A DNA stretch of 64,000 nucleotides, from contig CAVQFQ010000012.1 in the NCBI GenBank assembly GCA_963711835.1, positions 64,001 to 128,000 on the forward strand, in the 5' to 3' direction. Below the pieces are notes generated by a model. It searched no databases, was not told the origin of the DNA, and was given only the letters and a program-made list of their open reading frames with translations. Below, piece after piece: positions 1 to 9,844 of the stretch. Source of the DNA: an uncultured delta proteobacterium. GTDB taxonomy: Bacteria > Desulfobacterota > RBG-13-43-22. The position numbers and the translations under genes are program-made. Position 1 is the stretch's first letter. Each line of letters opens with the position of its first letter.

Positions 1-1589
1 TCGAACACATCCACAGTTGTCGCCGGGACAAGGGCCGCCATCCCGGCGCGGCCATCCGTTCCGGGTATCTTGACCCCATAGGCGGTAGACTCCGCCACCT
101 GATTATGGGTGTTAAGCACCTTTTCAACCTCTCCGGTAGACACGTTTTCACCCTTCCAGCGAAAGGTGTCTCCAAGGCGATCAACAAACAGGATGTGCCT
201 GAAACCCTGATTCAGAACCAGATCGCCGAAGTTGAACCAGGAATCTCCCTTTGTAAATACATCGCGGAATATTTTCTTTTCCGTCTCTTCCTTGTCTTTG
301 TATCCGGCAAAAGGAAGGCTCTCATTAATCTCGGCCAGTAGGAGACCCACCTCGCCCTTTTGGACCCTTTGCATAAAGGCGTTTTCATCTTTGACCGGCT
401 CATTCGCGTCAACATCATACTTTATGATCGCATACGGCGTCCGGCACGTACCCACGGTGCAATCGACATTCAGCAGGTTGGTAAAAACCAGGGGGCCTTC
501 CGCCGCCCCATAAAGCTCAAAGACCTTCTTAATACCGAAACGCTTTTTAAAAGCCTTCCAGATATCAGGCCTCAGGCCGTTTCCCACGCAAGCCACAAGC
601 GGATTATCCGCATCGTCAGATCTTTGGGGCTGGTTCATCAGATAGCGACAGATTTCCCCAATATAGATAAACGAGTTGGCGTTGAACCTGCGCACATCGC
701 TCAGAAAGTTGCTCGCCGAAAACTTTCTTCTGATGGCCAGAGCCGCTCCCCCACCTGCTACGGCGCTCCAGGAAACGTTCAAGGCATTGGTGTGGTAAAA
801 CGGCAGGGGACAATAATGGACATCTTTAGGTTTGAGATTCATCACAATTTTTCCAAACCAGTATTGGGCGGTAAACCAGCGCCGATGGGTCTGGACCGAG
901 GCCTTGGGCAGCCCTGTGGTTCCCGAGGTGAAGACATAGGCAAAAGGGTCTCCCAGGGTTACCTGACCGGTGGTTGGCGGATTATTCGAGGATTGACCTT
1001 TGAGAACGTCCGGAAGGTCGACATACCCGGCGGGGCAGGGCCTTTGGCCGGCCTCCGGTTGGTAATACAGGGCATCTTTTTCATTCAATTTGAGGCCGTC
1101 CTTGATCTCCTCGAAAGCATCGATCAGTTCTTCGCCGACCATAAAGTGCCTGCCCCGAGCAAGATTGATGCTGTATTTCAGAACTTCTCCCCGCTGATTG
1201 GGGTTGATCAGCGAAGAAATCGCGCCGAGCTTGGACATGGCGCCGATCATCATGAGAAGCTCGGGCCGGTTGTCCAAGAAGACGACGACCTCATCGCCTT
1301 TTTGAACCCCCTGAGACAAAAAATAATGAGCATATCGATTAATGGCTTCGTTGAATTCCCGATGGGTGTATTTCACATTCTCGTACAGAATGGCCGTCCT
1401 GTCCGCATGGACTTCGGCGTTGTGCTCCATCGCGCTTCCCATGGACATGCGGTCATCACCTTGAAAGTTCAGCAGCCTTTTCATCGTCCAGATGATGGAA
1501 GGCAAACGCCAGGACACCGCAAGCAGACCAGGCAAGATATCCGTCAAGCGCAGAACATTGGATTGGCTGTCTTGAATAGCTTTGGTCAA
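1..1589 (-). CDS. Long-chain acyl-CoA synthetase, FATP/FadD6-like (runs off window start)
   Basis: Not in ORF track. Manual translation from TTG 1589 after a GGGAGG SD gives MTKAIQDSQSNVLRLTD..., the AMP-binding motif YVFTSGTTGLPKA and PLPFYH. ORF 360..1958+ is its antisense shadow. Confidence 0.88.
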   Translation of the reverse strand, partial: MTKAIQDSQSNVLRLTDILPGLLAVSWRLPSIIWTMKRLLNFQGDDRMSMGSAMEHNAEVHADRTAILYENVKYTHREFNEAINRYAHYFLSQGVQKGDEVVVFLDNRPELLMMIGAMSKLGAISSLINPNQRGEVLKYSINLARGRHFMVGEELIDAFEEIKDGLKLNEKDALYYQPEAGQRPCPAGYVDLPDVLKGQSSNNPPTTGQVTLGDPFAYVFTSGTTGLPKASVQTHRRWFTAQYWFGKIVMNLKPKDVHYCPLPFYHTNALNVSWSAVAGGGAALAIRRKFSASNFLSDVRRFNANSFIYIGEICRYLMNQPQRSDDADNPLVACVGNGLRPDIWKAFKKRFGIKKVFELYGAAEGPLVFTNLLNVDCTVGTCRTPYAIIKYDVDANEPVKDENAFMQRVQKGEVGLLLAEINESLPFAGYKDKEETEKKIFRDVFTKGDSWFNFGDLVLNQGFRHILFVDRLGDTFRWKGENVSTGEVEKVLNTHNQVAESTAYGVKIPGTDGRAGMAALVPATTVDVF

Positions 1590-1613
1590 TGTCCCCTCCC
1601 TCTTTCTCCGTAT

Positions 1614-2078
1614 TTAACCCTTCGCCCTATCGAGCACCGATTCCTCCCTCAGGGCCAACGTAGCGGCCAGAGCCAGGGCCATGGCCGCAGCCACGATGAA
1701 AAAAGACATCTGGTAACTACCCGTCCTGTCGAAGATATATCCGGCCATCAGAGGTCCTGTTCCGAATCCGAGCCCATCGGCCACGGAAAGCGCGCCAAAG
1801 ATCGCTCCCATGGAACCCAAACCGAAAATGTGCGAGGTCAGTTTGGGGATAAGGACGATGTTGCCCCCGTAGGAGAGGCCGAAAATCGCAGCGAACAGAT
1901 AAAACGCCCACGTCGAATCCGCCTTCACCGGCAGAGCATCAAGAACACGCCTGGATGAGAATGCCCGCCGCAAGGACCAGCCTGCCAATTCGTAACGGCA
2001 GTGATGCCGGAAACGCGGCGCCCCGACTACCCACCAGCCGAAATAAACCCCCTCAGTTTCGGAACGATCAGAGTTCAC
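1614..2078 (-). pseudogene. MFS transporter (OFA/MCT-like) with large internal deletion
   Basis: N-terminus GVYFGWWVVGA is joined almost directly to C-terminal helices (FGLSYGG...GPLMAGYIFDRTGSY). Only 154 aa, far short of a 12-TM MFS. Confidence 0.7.
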
Positions 2079-2156
2079 AAGATCCGCATCCGTATTGGTG
2101 AGGAGCTAAAAGGGGACAGGCAACCTTCACCTTCTCCTTCATGAGACCCTCCTTTA

Positions 2157-3242
2157 CTATTTGTATTTTGCGAAGTCCACTCCTCTCACCCGCCCCCGTT
2201 CTTCGAACCAAGTCTCTTCATTTATGGGCGGGGGCACTATTTGGTCATGCTCTTTGTGAACCAATTGAATAGCCTCGCCGGAGCAGGTGCTTATACAAAG
2301 ACCGCAACCGATGCATCTTTCCGGAATGATGTGATAGGCCTCTTCGCCTTCTTCGATGGCCTTCACCTGGCATCGCTCATCGGCACAGATGCCGCACTGG
2401 AGACATTTTTCCGGATCAATCTCGGCGTAATAATGGGAATTGATGACTTTGGAAGCCGGAATGCCCAATTTATTAATGGCCTTCAAGACCCCACAGCAGC
2501 AGCCGCAGCAATTACAGATGTAGATATTTCCCCACTGCATATTGGCCGTCAGGTGCACGAGTCCCAACTCCTCCGTTTTCTTTAATAAGGCATAGGCCTC
2601 CTCCCTGGTGAGCACCCGACCCTGAGGGGCCTTATCAAAGACTCCGGGGATGGGGGCGATGGCTAAACAGACCTGCACCGGGCGGTCACAGGGCTTGTCC
2701 AACAGTCCCTGCTCTTTTTTACAGATGCAGTCATTGACCAAAAAGGACTGGCTTTGTTCAATAAGGGTGGAAACCCTCTCATAAGATAAGGCTTCCTGCT
2801 GTACGGCGATCTCTTTTTCGATAGGCAGCACCTGCATCAATTGGGGTGTCTTGGAAAAGAACTGCTGTCCGTAGATATCCCGGTACCCGTCATACAATAC
2901 CGCAAAATCCTTATCCATCCGTTCATTCTGAAACTCATAGATCCCGAATACCCAGGGTAGCATCTTAAAGACCCAAGCACCTCCAAAGTCGATGGCGAAG
3001 AGCTGGCCGGCCTTTCCCATGGCCTTCAACCTTTCCTCCAAACCCTCCAGGGGGCGTCCCGTTCTCTCAGCCACTTGGTCGGCCGTTTCAAAGGTCAGCC
3101 GCAGATCGCAAAAAAGGTCGGCTTGTTCCGGAGTGAATATCTTTTTCAAAAGCCGAATCTCCGCACCGTCTTCCGTAGCCGGGAATCCATTCGGCAAGGT
3201 ATCCAGGACTCGGGCCAATTTCAAATAGGCATCTTCTTCCAT
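2157..3242 (-). CDS. Multi-Fe-S protein with C-terminal 4Fe-4S dicluster domain
   Basis: CICK, C..C, CNCCGCCC, CLQCGIC..RC and CIGCGLCISTC motifs. Confidence 0.85.
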   Translation of the reverse strand: MEEDAYLKLARVLDTLPNGFPATEDGAEIRLLKKIFTPEQADLFCDLRLTFETADQVAERTGRPLEGLEERLKAMGKAGQLFAIDFGGAWVFKMLPWVFGIYEFQNERMDKDFAVLYDGYRDIYGQQFFSKTPQLMQVLPIEKEIAVQQEALSYERVSTLIEQSQSFLVNDCICKKEQGLLDKPCDRPVQVCLAIAPIPGVFDKAPQGRVLTREEAYALLKKTEELGLVHLTANMQWGNIYICNCCGCCCGVLKAINKLGIPASKVINSHYYAEIDPEKCLQCGICADERCQVKAIEEGEEAYHIIPERCIGCGLCISTCSGEAIQLVHKEHDQIVPPPINEETWFEERGRVRGVDFAKYK

Positions 3243-3293
3243 GATTTTTCTCCTGTAGTTTTTTGTAAAACGGAATTAACCTGTAAATCCTGT

Positions 3294-3650
3294 CTAACGA
3301 ATTTTTCTTGTCTTTCTCTTGCCCGCCTCCAGGTCTTTCAAGGCTTGGTCGCATCACTCGACGACGACCATCCGGGCGTTCCGCCGACCGAAATCAAGGG
3401 TCAGGCCCCAGTAATAAGGATCCTTGGCAGAGTCGGCCCGGGTTGAATATTCCTTAATGACCGGCAGCACTTCCTTCTCGAATTTTTAAAGTAAGCCCTT
3501 ATGGTACTCCCGCCACCTCTTCAGATGTTCTTTGAACTGGTCCGGCGGCAACTGATTTCCAAAAAAAACCTTCACCAGCATCGGCAACCGCGGTCCCGGC
3601 ATTTCCGGCGGTTCGGCCAGCCAACTCAGAAGCTCCTGCCGAGCCGCCTG
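3294..3650 (-). pseudogene. PadR-family regulator, C-terminal remnant
   Basis: Manual translation ARQELLSWLAEPPEMPGPRLPMLVKVFFG...YWGLTLDFG...VVE*CDQAL, with two in-frame stops and no wHTH N-terminus. Confidence 0.65.
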
Positions 3651-3713
3651 AGCCGGGGTCGGACCAGACCAACCCCTCAGTAACTACGTTCGACGAAAAC
3701 AATAATCAGTCCC

Positions 3714-4187
3714 TTAGACCTCTTCTATTTCCAAGGTCCAGGAACAGTCGATACAGCCCTTGATGGATTGATAGGCCGGGCAGTTCTTCGAATAGGTGGC
3801 CAAGGCCTTTTCCGCGTCCTCCCGTTTTCCCTTCGGAATTTTCATCTGATACCGGAGCCGGATTTTCGTGATCCTCAAGACCCCCTCAACCTCTTCGATG
3901 TCCCCCTCCACCTGGGCGATCAGGATGTCTTCGGTCTTTATGCCCCGCACCTCCAGTGCGGCCGACAGGGTGCCGGTCAGTCACCCCCCGATGCCGGCAA
4001 TCATATAGTCCAGGGTGGCCGGATACTCGGGACCTTCGATCTTACGTCCGTACTTTTCCTGGTAAAATTCCTTGATGCCCCCGTGAATCCCGAAGTGGAC
4101 CGGCTCCGCGAAATCCCCGAAGTGGGCCGTCCGATGGGGCCCCTGGTGCTTCTCGATGCGAATTCGACTGGTGTGAGCGACTGACAT
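3714..4187 (-). CDS. OsmC-like selenoprotein (in-frame UGA = Sec)
   Basis: ORFs 3981..4208 and 3714..3950 share a frame across one TGA (3981-3983): ...DYMIAGIGG-U-LTGTLSAALEVRGI...CPAY. GGAGG SD precedes ATG 4187, and a SECIS-like hairpin follows the UGA. Confidence 0.85.
3945..3983 (-). promoter_or_regulatory. Putative bacterial SECIS element
   Basis: UGA, 19 nt, then the stem CCGCAC/GUGCGG with loop UGGAG. Confidence 0.7.
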
Positions 4188-4216
4188 GAGTTGACCTCCT
4201 TCGTACAAAAAGTATG

Positions 4217-4628
4217 AAGGATGAAGGATGAATTATGAAGCATTGGCCTTCGTCTTCTTTGAGATGGTGGTGAAGATGGCGAGGAGTTGATCGCATTCGT
4301 CGCGCAGGTCGGCGAGTCTCGCATTGGGAACAATCGACGACTCGGCCAGCAGCTCAAGCCAATAGGCGGTTTCGTCGAGTTCCTTGAGACAGTCACCGAT
4401 TTTGGCGATGAACTCCGGTTTCGACCTCGCCCGATTGGCCTCGCGGTAATTGGCTCCAACGGATGTGCCGGAACGTAGGACTTGTTTGCCCAACACCTGC
4501 GCTTCGGTTGACTTTGGCAATGCGGAATACATCCGAATCACCCGTAACGCAAATTCCTTCGTCCGAATCTGCAAATCCTTCGGCTCCTGCTTCTTTCCTT
4601 CATCATTCATAATTCATCCTTCATCCTT
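4217..4628. repeat. 23-bp perfect inverted repeat built of heptamers, flanking the four-helix-bundle gene
   Basis: AAGGATGAAGGATGAATTATGAA (4217-4239) / TTCATAATTCATCCTTCATCCTT (4606-4628). Confidence 0.9.
4233..4610 (-). CDS. Four helix bundle protein (23S rRNA IVS protein family)
   Basis: DL..RTKEFALRVI...QVLRSGTSVGANYREA.RARSK.EFIAKIG...KELDETAYWLELL signature. Confidence 0.92.
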   Translation of the reverse strand: MNDEGKKQEPKDLQIRTKEFALRVIRMYSALPKSTEAQVLGKQVLRSGTSVGANYREANRARSKPEFIAKIGDCLKELDETAYWLELLAESSIVPNARLADLRDECDQLLAIFTTISKKTKANAS

Positions 4629-4717
4629 TCCTTCTCTTCCCCCCAGACGCGGGCGAGGGTGGCCTGGATCTTTTTCTCGAAGCGGGCGATCAGTTCGCGG
4701 GTAGCGGCGACCAGCGC
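4621..4717 (-). pseudogene. C-terminal remnant of an R-M methylase/specificity fusion gene
   Basis: ALVAATRELIARFEKKIQATLARVWG resembles the C-terminus of HsdM-S fusion proteins (recalled from memory). An in-frame TAG lies immediately upstream. Confidence 0.55.
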
Positions 4718-4889
4718 CTAGTTGGCGAGATCGGGGTCACTTGGTTCCCGGTCCTGATGAGCCAGGTATTCGTTTCTAAAGGTGTAAATAGTATCCCCCA
4801 AAACAGCTTTGAGTCAAAATGAGTAAGATAGTAACATATCAGGTGGCCGATAGAATTCGGTGAGATGTTCCGAAAATTTCTCCCATATT

Positions 4890-6570
4890 CTAAGTGCCCA
4901 GCCAGTCTCCCATCCCTTTCCAGCCTTTGTCTTTATAGGTTTGATTTGGATTTGCCGGGATATCCTTTGGGAGAGGCGGTTTCCCCGGCAATTGCCCTTT
5001 GCAATATTTTCTCCACTCAGTTTGACTTTTTAAATTCAGGCTGTGAACGAAAGCACGGGCTTCTTTGAAAGGACGATATTCCTAAGCTGGGAGCAATGGT
5101 CCCTGTTCCCAACCAGTCACCCATCCCTTTCCAGCCTTTGTCTTTATAGGTTTGATTTGGATTTGCAGGGATATCCTTGGGTAGAGATGGTTTCCCTGGC
5201 AATTGCCCTTTGCAATATTTCCTCCACTCAGTTCCGCTTTTTAAATTCAGACTGTGAACCCAAGCACGGGCTTCTTTGAAGGGACGATATTCCTAAGAAT
5301 GGAAGCAACGGTCCCTGTCCCCAGCCAGTCCCCCAACCTTTCCAGCCTTTATCTTTATAGGTTGATTTGGATTTACCGGGATATCCATTGGGTAGAGGAG
5401 GTTTTCCCGGTAATTTTCCTTTGCAATATTTCCTCCACTCAGTTTGACTTTTTAAATTCAAGGCTATGAACGAAGGCACGGGCTTCTTTAAAAGGACGAT
5501 ATTCCCTAAGATTGGAAGCAATCGTCCCCGTCCCCAGCCAGTCCCCCATCCCTTTCCAGCCTTTATCTTTATAGGTTTGATTTGGATTTGCAGGGATATC
5601 CTTGGGTAGAGTTGGTTTCCCCGGTAATTGCCCTTTGCAATATTTCCTCCACTCAGTTCTACTTTTTAAATTCAGACTATGAACGAAAGCACGGGCTTCT
5701 TTAAAAGGACGATACTTCCTAAGCCTGGAAGCAATGGTCCCCGTCCCCAGCCAGTCGCCCCAACTTATCCAGCCTTTATCTTTATAGGTTTGATTTGGAT
5801 TTGCCGGGATATCAATAGGTAGAGGTGGTTTCCCCGGTAATTGCCCTTTGCAATATTTTCTCCACTCGCTCCACTTTTTAAATTTAGGCTATGAACGAAA
5901 GCTACGGGCTTCTTTGAAGGGACGATATTCCCTAAGCCTTGGAGCAATGGTCCCCGTCCCCAGCCAATCCCCCATCCCCTTCCAGCCTTTATCTTTATAG
6001 GTTTTATTCGGATTTGCTGGGATATCCATTGGGTAGAGGCGGTTTCCCCGGTAATTCGCCCTTTGCAATATTTCCTCCACTCAGCTTGACTTTTTAAATT
6101 CAGACTATGAACGAAGGCACGGGCCTCTTGAAAGGACGATATTTCCTAAGCTGAGGAGCAATAGTCCCCGTCCCCAGCCAGTCGCCCCAATCTCATCCAG
6201 CCTTTATCTTTATAGGTTTGATTTGGATTTGCCGGGATATCCATGGGTAGAGGAGGTTTCCCCGGTAGTTGCCCTTTGCAATATTTACTCCATTCGGTTT
6301 CACTTTTCAAATTCAGGCTATGAACGAAGGCTCGGGCTTCTTTGAAGGGACGATATTTCCTAAGACTGTGAGCAATGTTCCCTGTTCCCAGCCAGTCACC
6401 CCAACTCATCCAGCCTTTATCTTTATAAGTTTTATCAGGAGTTGCCGGGATATCCTTGGGTAGTGGTGGTTTCCCCGGTAATTGCCCTTTGCAATATTTT
6501 CTCCACTCAGTTTTACTTTTTAAATGAAGGCTATGAACGAAGGCACGGGCTTCTTCAAAAGGACGCCAGG
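4890..6570 (-). repeat. 8 coding tandem repeats of ~213 bp (71 aa), integrase-repeat-like
   Basis: Anchor CTTTATAG/AG at 4931, 5142, 5353, 5567, 5780, 5993, 6208 and 6421. Unit RPF.EARAFVHSLNLKSxxEWRKYCKG.LPGKPPLP.DIPANPNQTYKDKGW..WGDWLGTGTIAxxLR.Y. Confidence 0.95.
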
Positions 6571-8568
6571 AAAGCTTTGCCAGCCTTGACCATAACTTGA
6601 GTTCTATTGATTCGGCAAAAAGCTTGGCATCAATTTTCTGCCCTATGGGAATGTCAATTTCAATAGGGTATTCACCCCTACCAGGTCTTCGTCCCTTGAG
6701 AAATAGCCCTGAAGTATTCCACGATCCGGTCATCATTGGAAGCGAGTGCCCGGAGGGTCATCAAAAGATGGTCGTATGATTCACTCTTTAAAGAATCGGC
6801 ATCCGGCTGGTTGCCATCCTGGATTACAGGGATGATTACATACCCCAATTTCTTCGATTCGCTTTTCCGCAAGGCCCGTCCTACTGCCTGGACTATATCT
6901 ATGGTGCTTTTTCGGGGGTCGGCAAATAGGACGCAATCAATATCGGGGATGTCGACTCCTTCGGAAAGACATCGGGCATTTGTGATCAAGGCTCGCCTGG
7001 ATTGTTCAAAATCATCGATTAAACGGGAACGCTGGGCGGTGGGCATTTTTCCTGAAACATGGAAGGCTTCCAATTTTTTATATTCCGGGAAAAAGCGATT
7101 AAAAACCTCCTGGATCTCCTTGAAGGCCCTGGCCCTGGCTATGCTTGAATGGAAGGAAATGGCATGCCTTATGGACTGACTCTGAATGGCCTTTCTAAGG
7201 GCGATCACTGAGGCCAGCATCTCCGCTTCCACATCCTTGTCCCATTTTCCCTTGTCCGGCCTTACCAGAAGATTCTTTCTGACCAATTGGGCGATTTCAG
7301 ATCGAGTGACCAGTATAGTTATTATTTTGTAGTCGCTTAAGATGGGCGGGTCTGATTCCAGGGCTTCTTTGAAGGATAGCAGCTCAAAGGTGTCGCCATA
7401 AGTAACCGGGTCATCCATGCTGAGGATCTCGTCACTCTGGCCCCGGTACCTGCGTTCCGTGGCGGTCATGAACAGGCGTTTATTAATCCGGATATTCTCA
7501 TCATCAAGGAGATGACTGAAGAGAGTATCTCTCTTGCCCACCGTCTTGTGGGCTTCATCAAGGATTCCGAGGTCAAAGGCTGTTTTGGCCTTCCGGGAGG
7601 CTTCGGCTATGGCCCGACCACTCTGATAGGTGGCAAAAACAACCGTGGTTCCCTTTTTCCGGTCTTTGAGCCAATGGGCGATCTCATTAGAATCCGTATG
7701 GATTCGGATGCCGAGGTCCTGGGTAAACATGACCATATCATCCCGCTCGATATCTCCTACAGATTCGTCACTACATACACAGATCCAGTTTATTTCTTTT
7801 TTTTGAGCGAGCGATTCCCTTGTCCAGACAATAAGGGACTGCCTGATTAAGGCCAGGCTGGGGACTGCTATAAGAATGGTTTTGGCATCCAAGTCTCCCC
7901 GCAATCCAATAGCTGGTCAGGCTTTTGCCGGTTCCACAGGCCGAAATCAATTTGCCTCTGGACTGGTTATCATCTAAAAAATGACGGTGAGCATTCCGGA
8001 TGGCCCTTTCCTGGTGGGGAAATGGCTTGAAACGGTTTTAGGGGGATGGCTTTGCCTTTAGAGAAATTTGCTTGAGTCTGGAAAAGAAATCCTCATCCAA
8101 TCCCCGCCAAACATCTCCAGCACAAAAACTAAGCCTTTCTCCATATTTCTTTAACCGATGGCTAAATCTGTCTGCAGTGGTGCAGACCAAACCAAGGGAA
8201 ATGTTTTTGCAGATGACAAAAGCCAGCCCGGTGAAGGTATCAATATCTTTTCTGGAAAGGGATCGGGTCTCGTCTTCCCGATATTTGCATTGGATGGCCC
8301 AGTATTCTTTCTCCTTGGTTTCTGCAATAAGGTCTATCCCCTCATCCGGGCCAGGAAGGTTAAGGAAGGAACGGATTTGGAGGGGACTTCTTTTAGAAGC
8401 CAGACATTTTTTAGCTTGGTGGCGTAGGTGGGGTTGATTTGAAGGAAATACTTGGTCAGGATTTCAAATTGGTCGCCTTTGTCTTTTTCAGGAAGCTCAT
8501 TTAGGCTTTTTTTAAAATCCTGCCAGTTTTTGCTTTGATAAATGAGTCTGGTTCCCCCTGTTACTCAT
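4890..8568 (-). CDS. Mrr-like endonuclease + SF2 (ResIII/DEAH) helicase + C-terminal tandem repeats, frameshifted in this assembly
   Basis: KGDQFE...PDEGIDLIA...YWAIQCKY nuclease motif; CGTGKS Walker A, LDEAH, MTAT, LSEGVD and IVQAVGRALR helicase motifs; 8 repeats ending WLGT* at 4890. Confidence 0.8.
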
Positions 8569-8579
8569 ACTGTTTCCTT

Positions 8580-8737
8580 AGAAGTCGGGGCACGGCCATA
8601 ATAAAAGGATTCAATGACTCGATATCAGAAAAGTGGGATTCCAGAAAATAGGTTCCTACGCCTCATCCTTGGGATTCGTAAAAATAAAACCCTTCCTTCA
8701 AATCTTCACGCGCCGATTCTAGAATTCTAATTTTCAT
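8580..8737 (-). pseudogene. ParE/RelE-family toxin, truncated with nonsense codon
   Basis: MKIRILESAREDLKEGFYFYESQG*GVGTYFLES..SDIESL, overlapping the antitoxin stop (ATGA). Confidence 0.7.
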
Positions 8738-8946
8738 GAAATCGAATTCCGCAGATAATTCTTGGCATGATCCCAGTCTATAAACCTATCCTTCCCATCT
8801 TTCAGTCTCATCTCTCTTTCTTTTAAAACTTCCTCGTGCCAGGATGGTGAAGAGAAATCAGGAGCAGCACGGCATATGTCATCCCACAACATTTCCATGG
8901 CCTTAAGCTTTTTCATAGCGGTCATTTCCTGTAAATTGATTGTCAA
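8734..8946 (-). CDS. Addiction module antitoxin component
   Basis: KLKAMEMLWDDI...SPSWHEEVLKERE...FIDWD.AK signature, upstream of the ParE remnant. Confidence 0.8.
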   Translation of the reverse strand: MTINLQEMTAMKKLKAMEMLWDDICRAAPDFSSPSWHEEVLKEREMRLKDGKDRFIDWDHAKNYLRNSIS

Positions 8947-9031
8947 AGACTAATTCCTCTCTTTTTGATTCGTTTGATCTGGATCATGTTTCTTATGGAT
9001 TATGATTTTCAGTCTCATACTTTGCCTCCTG

Positions 9032-9316
9032 TTATGCCGCCTTTTTGAGAGTGATTTGCATACCGGCTCTCGTCGCCAGGGTGATAAGCATTTCAAGGCT
9101 GAATCGTTCCCATTTACCTCTGATCAAGTCTGAAACCCTGGATTGACTAACGCCGAGGATTTCCGCAGCCTTGGCCTGCGTTAGCCTCTTGGCTTTTATC
9201 AATTTTCGGAGATCGGCCATAAGATCGGCCCGCATCTGAAGAATTGCGGCTTCGTCCGGAGAATAACCGAGATCAATGAACACGTTCCCGGAAGAATTAA
9301 CAATGGTTTCACTCAT
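9032..9316 (-). CDS. XRE/HTH_37 antitoxin
   Basis: SSGNVFIDLG...LTQAKAAEILGVSQSRVSDL.RGK..RFSLEML. Confidence 0.88.
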   Translation of the reverse strand: MSETIVNSSGNVFIDLGYSPDEAAILQMRADLMADLRKLIKAKRLTQAKAAEILGVSQSRVSDLIRGKWERFSLEMLITLATRAGMQITLKKAA

Positions 9317-9372
9317 AAGTTACCTCCAATCTGTCTGTATCGTTGGCGAGCCAAATCGATATCTTCCTTCCT
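9313..9372 (-). pseudogene. C-terminal remnant of RelE-like toxin
   Basis: RKEDIDLARQRYRQIGGNL* overlapping the antitoxin ATG. Confidence 0.6.
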
Positions 9373-9450
9373 GGCGACTTTACCGTTCCCGTTAACCAAG
9401 CCTGATCTGTCGCCCTTTCGACGATCTCAGATAGCGAAGAGGAACAACGA

Positions 9451-9802
9451 TCACTGTCCTGCGCCATGTTGGGCTCCGGATTCATCTAAAGGAATCTGGT
9501 TAGTCGATATGGGTTTGATATTTCTGAGATCCTCTGTTTCAGATTCTTGTGCAAAATATAGATCCCATCTAAGTTGCAGATTCATCCAAAAATCGGCGGA
9601 GACACCAAAAAATTTGGACAAGTCTCAAAGCTGTACTGGGTGTTATTCCACGCCGACCGTTGATGATCTCGTTTATCCGCTGATAAGGCACATGGATGGC
9701 ATCAGCAAGTTCACGCTGAGTGAACCCCATTGGCTTTAGAAATTCTTCAAGAAGCATCTCTCCAGGATGGGTAGGTGCTCTATGTGTTGGTATGCGAATC
9801 AT
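9451..9802 (-). CDS. higA: HigA-family antitoxin (one frameshift), no higB upstream
   Basis: PTHPGEMLLEEFLKPMGFTQRELA...RINEIINGRRGITPSTALRL, continuing SKFFGVSADFWMNLQ in another frame. Confidence 0.82.
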
Positions 9803-9844
9803 AGCAAATTCTCCCTTATAAAACCGGTGATCCTATCTATCGCT

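Noticed and set aside
360-1958. Long + strand ORFs such as 360..1958, 37014..38174, 42982..44247 and 60851..61696
   Set aside because: They are antisense shadows of motif-bearing minus-strand genes in GC-rich DNA.
3340-3370. In-frame TGA in the PadR remnant (and in ParE near 8665) as selenocysteine or recoding
   Set aside because: In PadR it falls at a Trp column in a fragment that also has a TAA. Neither position is an expected Cys, and TGA terminates many intact genes here.
4890-6570. CRISPR or guide-RNA array interpretation of the 213-bp repeats
   Set aside because: There is no repeat/spacer alternation. The unit is a multiple of 3, continues the helicase frame and shows synonymous changes, and no cas genes are present.
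4233-6570. Diversity-generating retroelement (Avd-like four-helix gene next to variable repeats)
   Set aside because: No reverse transcriptase or non-coding template repeat is in the window, and variation includes non-adenine positions (CAC/CCT/TCC). An RT acting in trans cannot be excluded.
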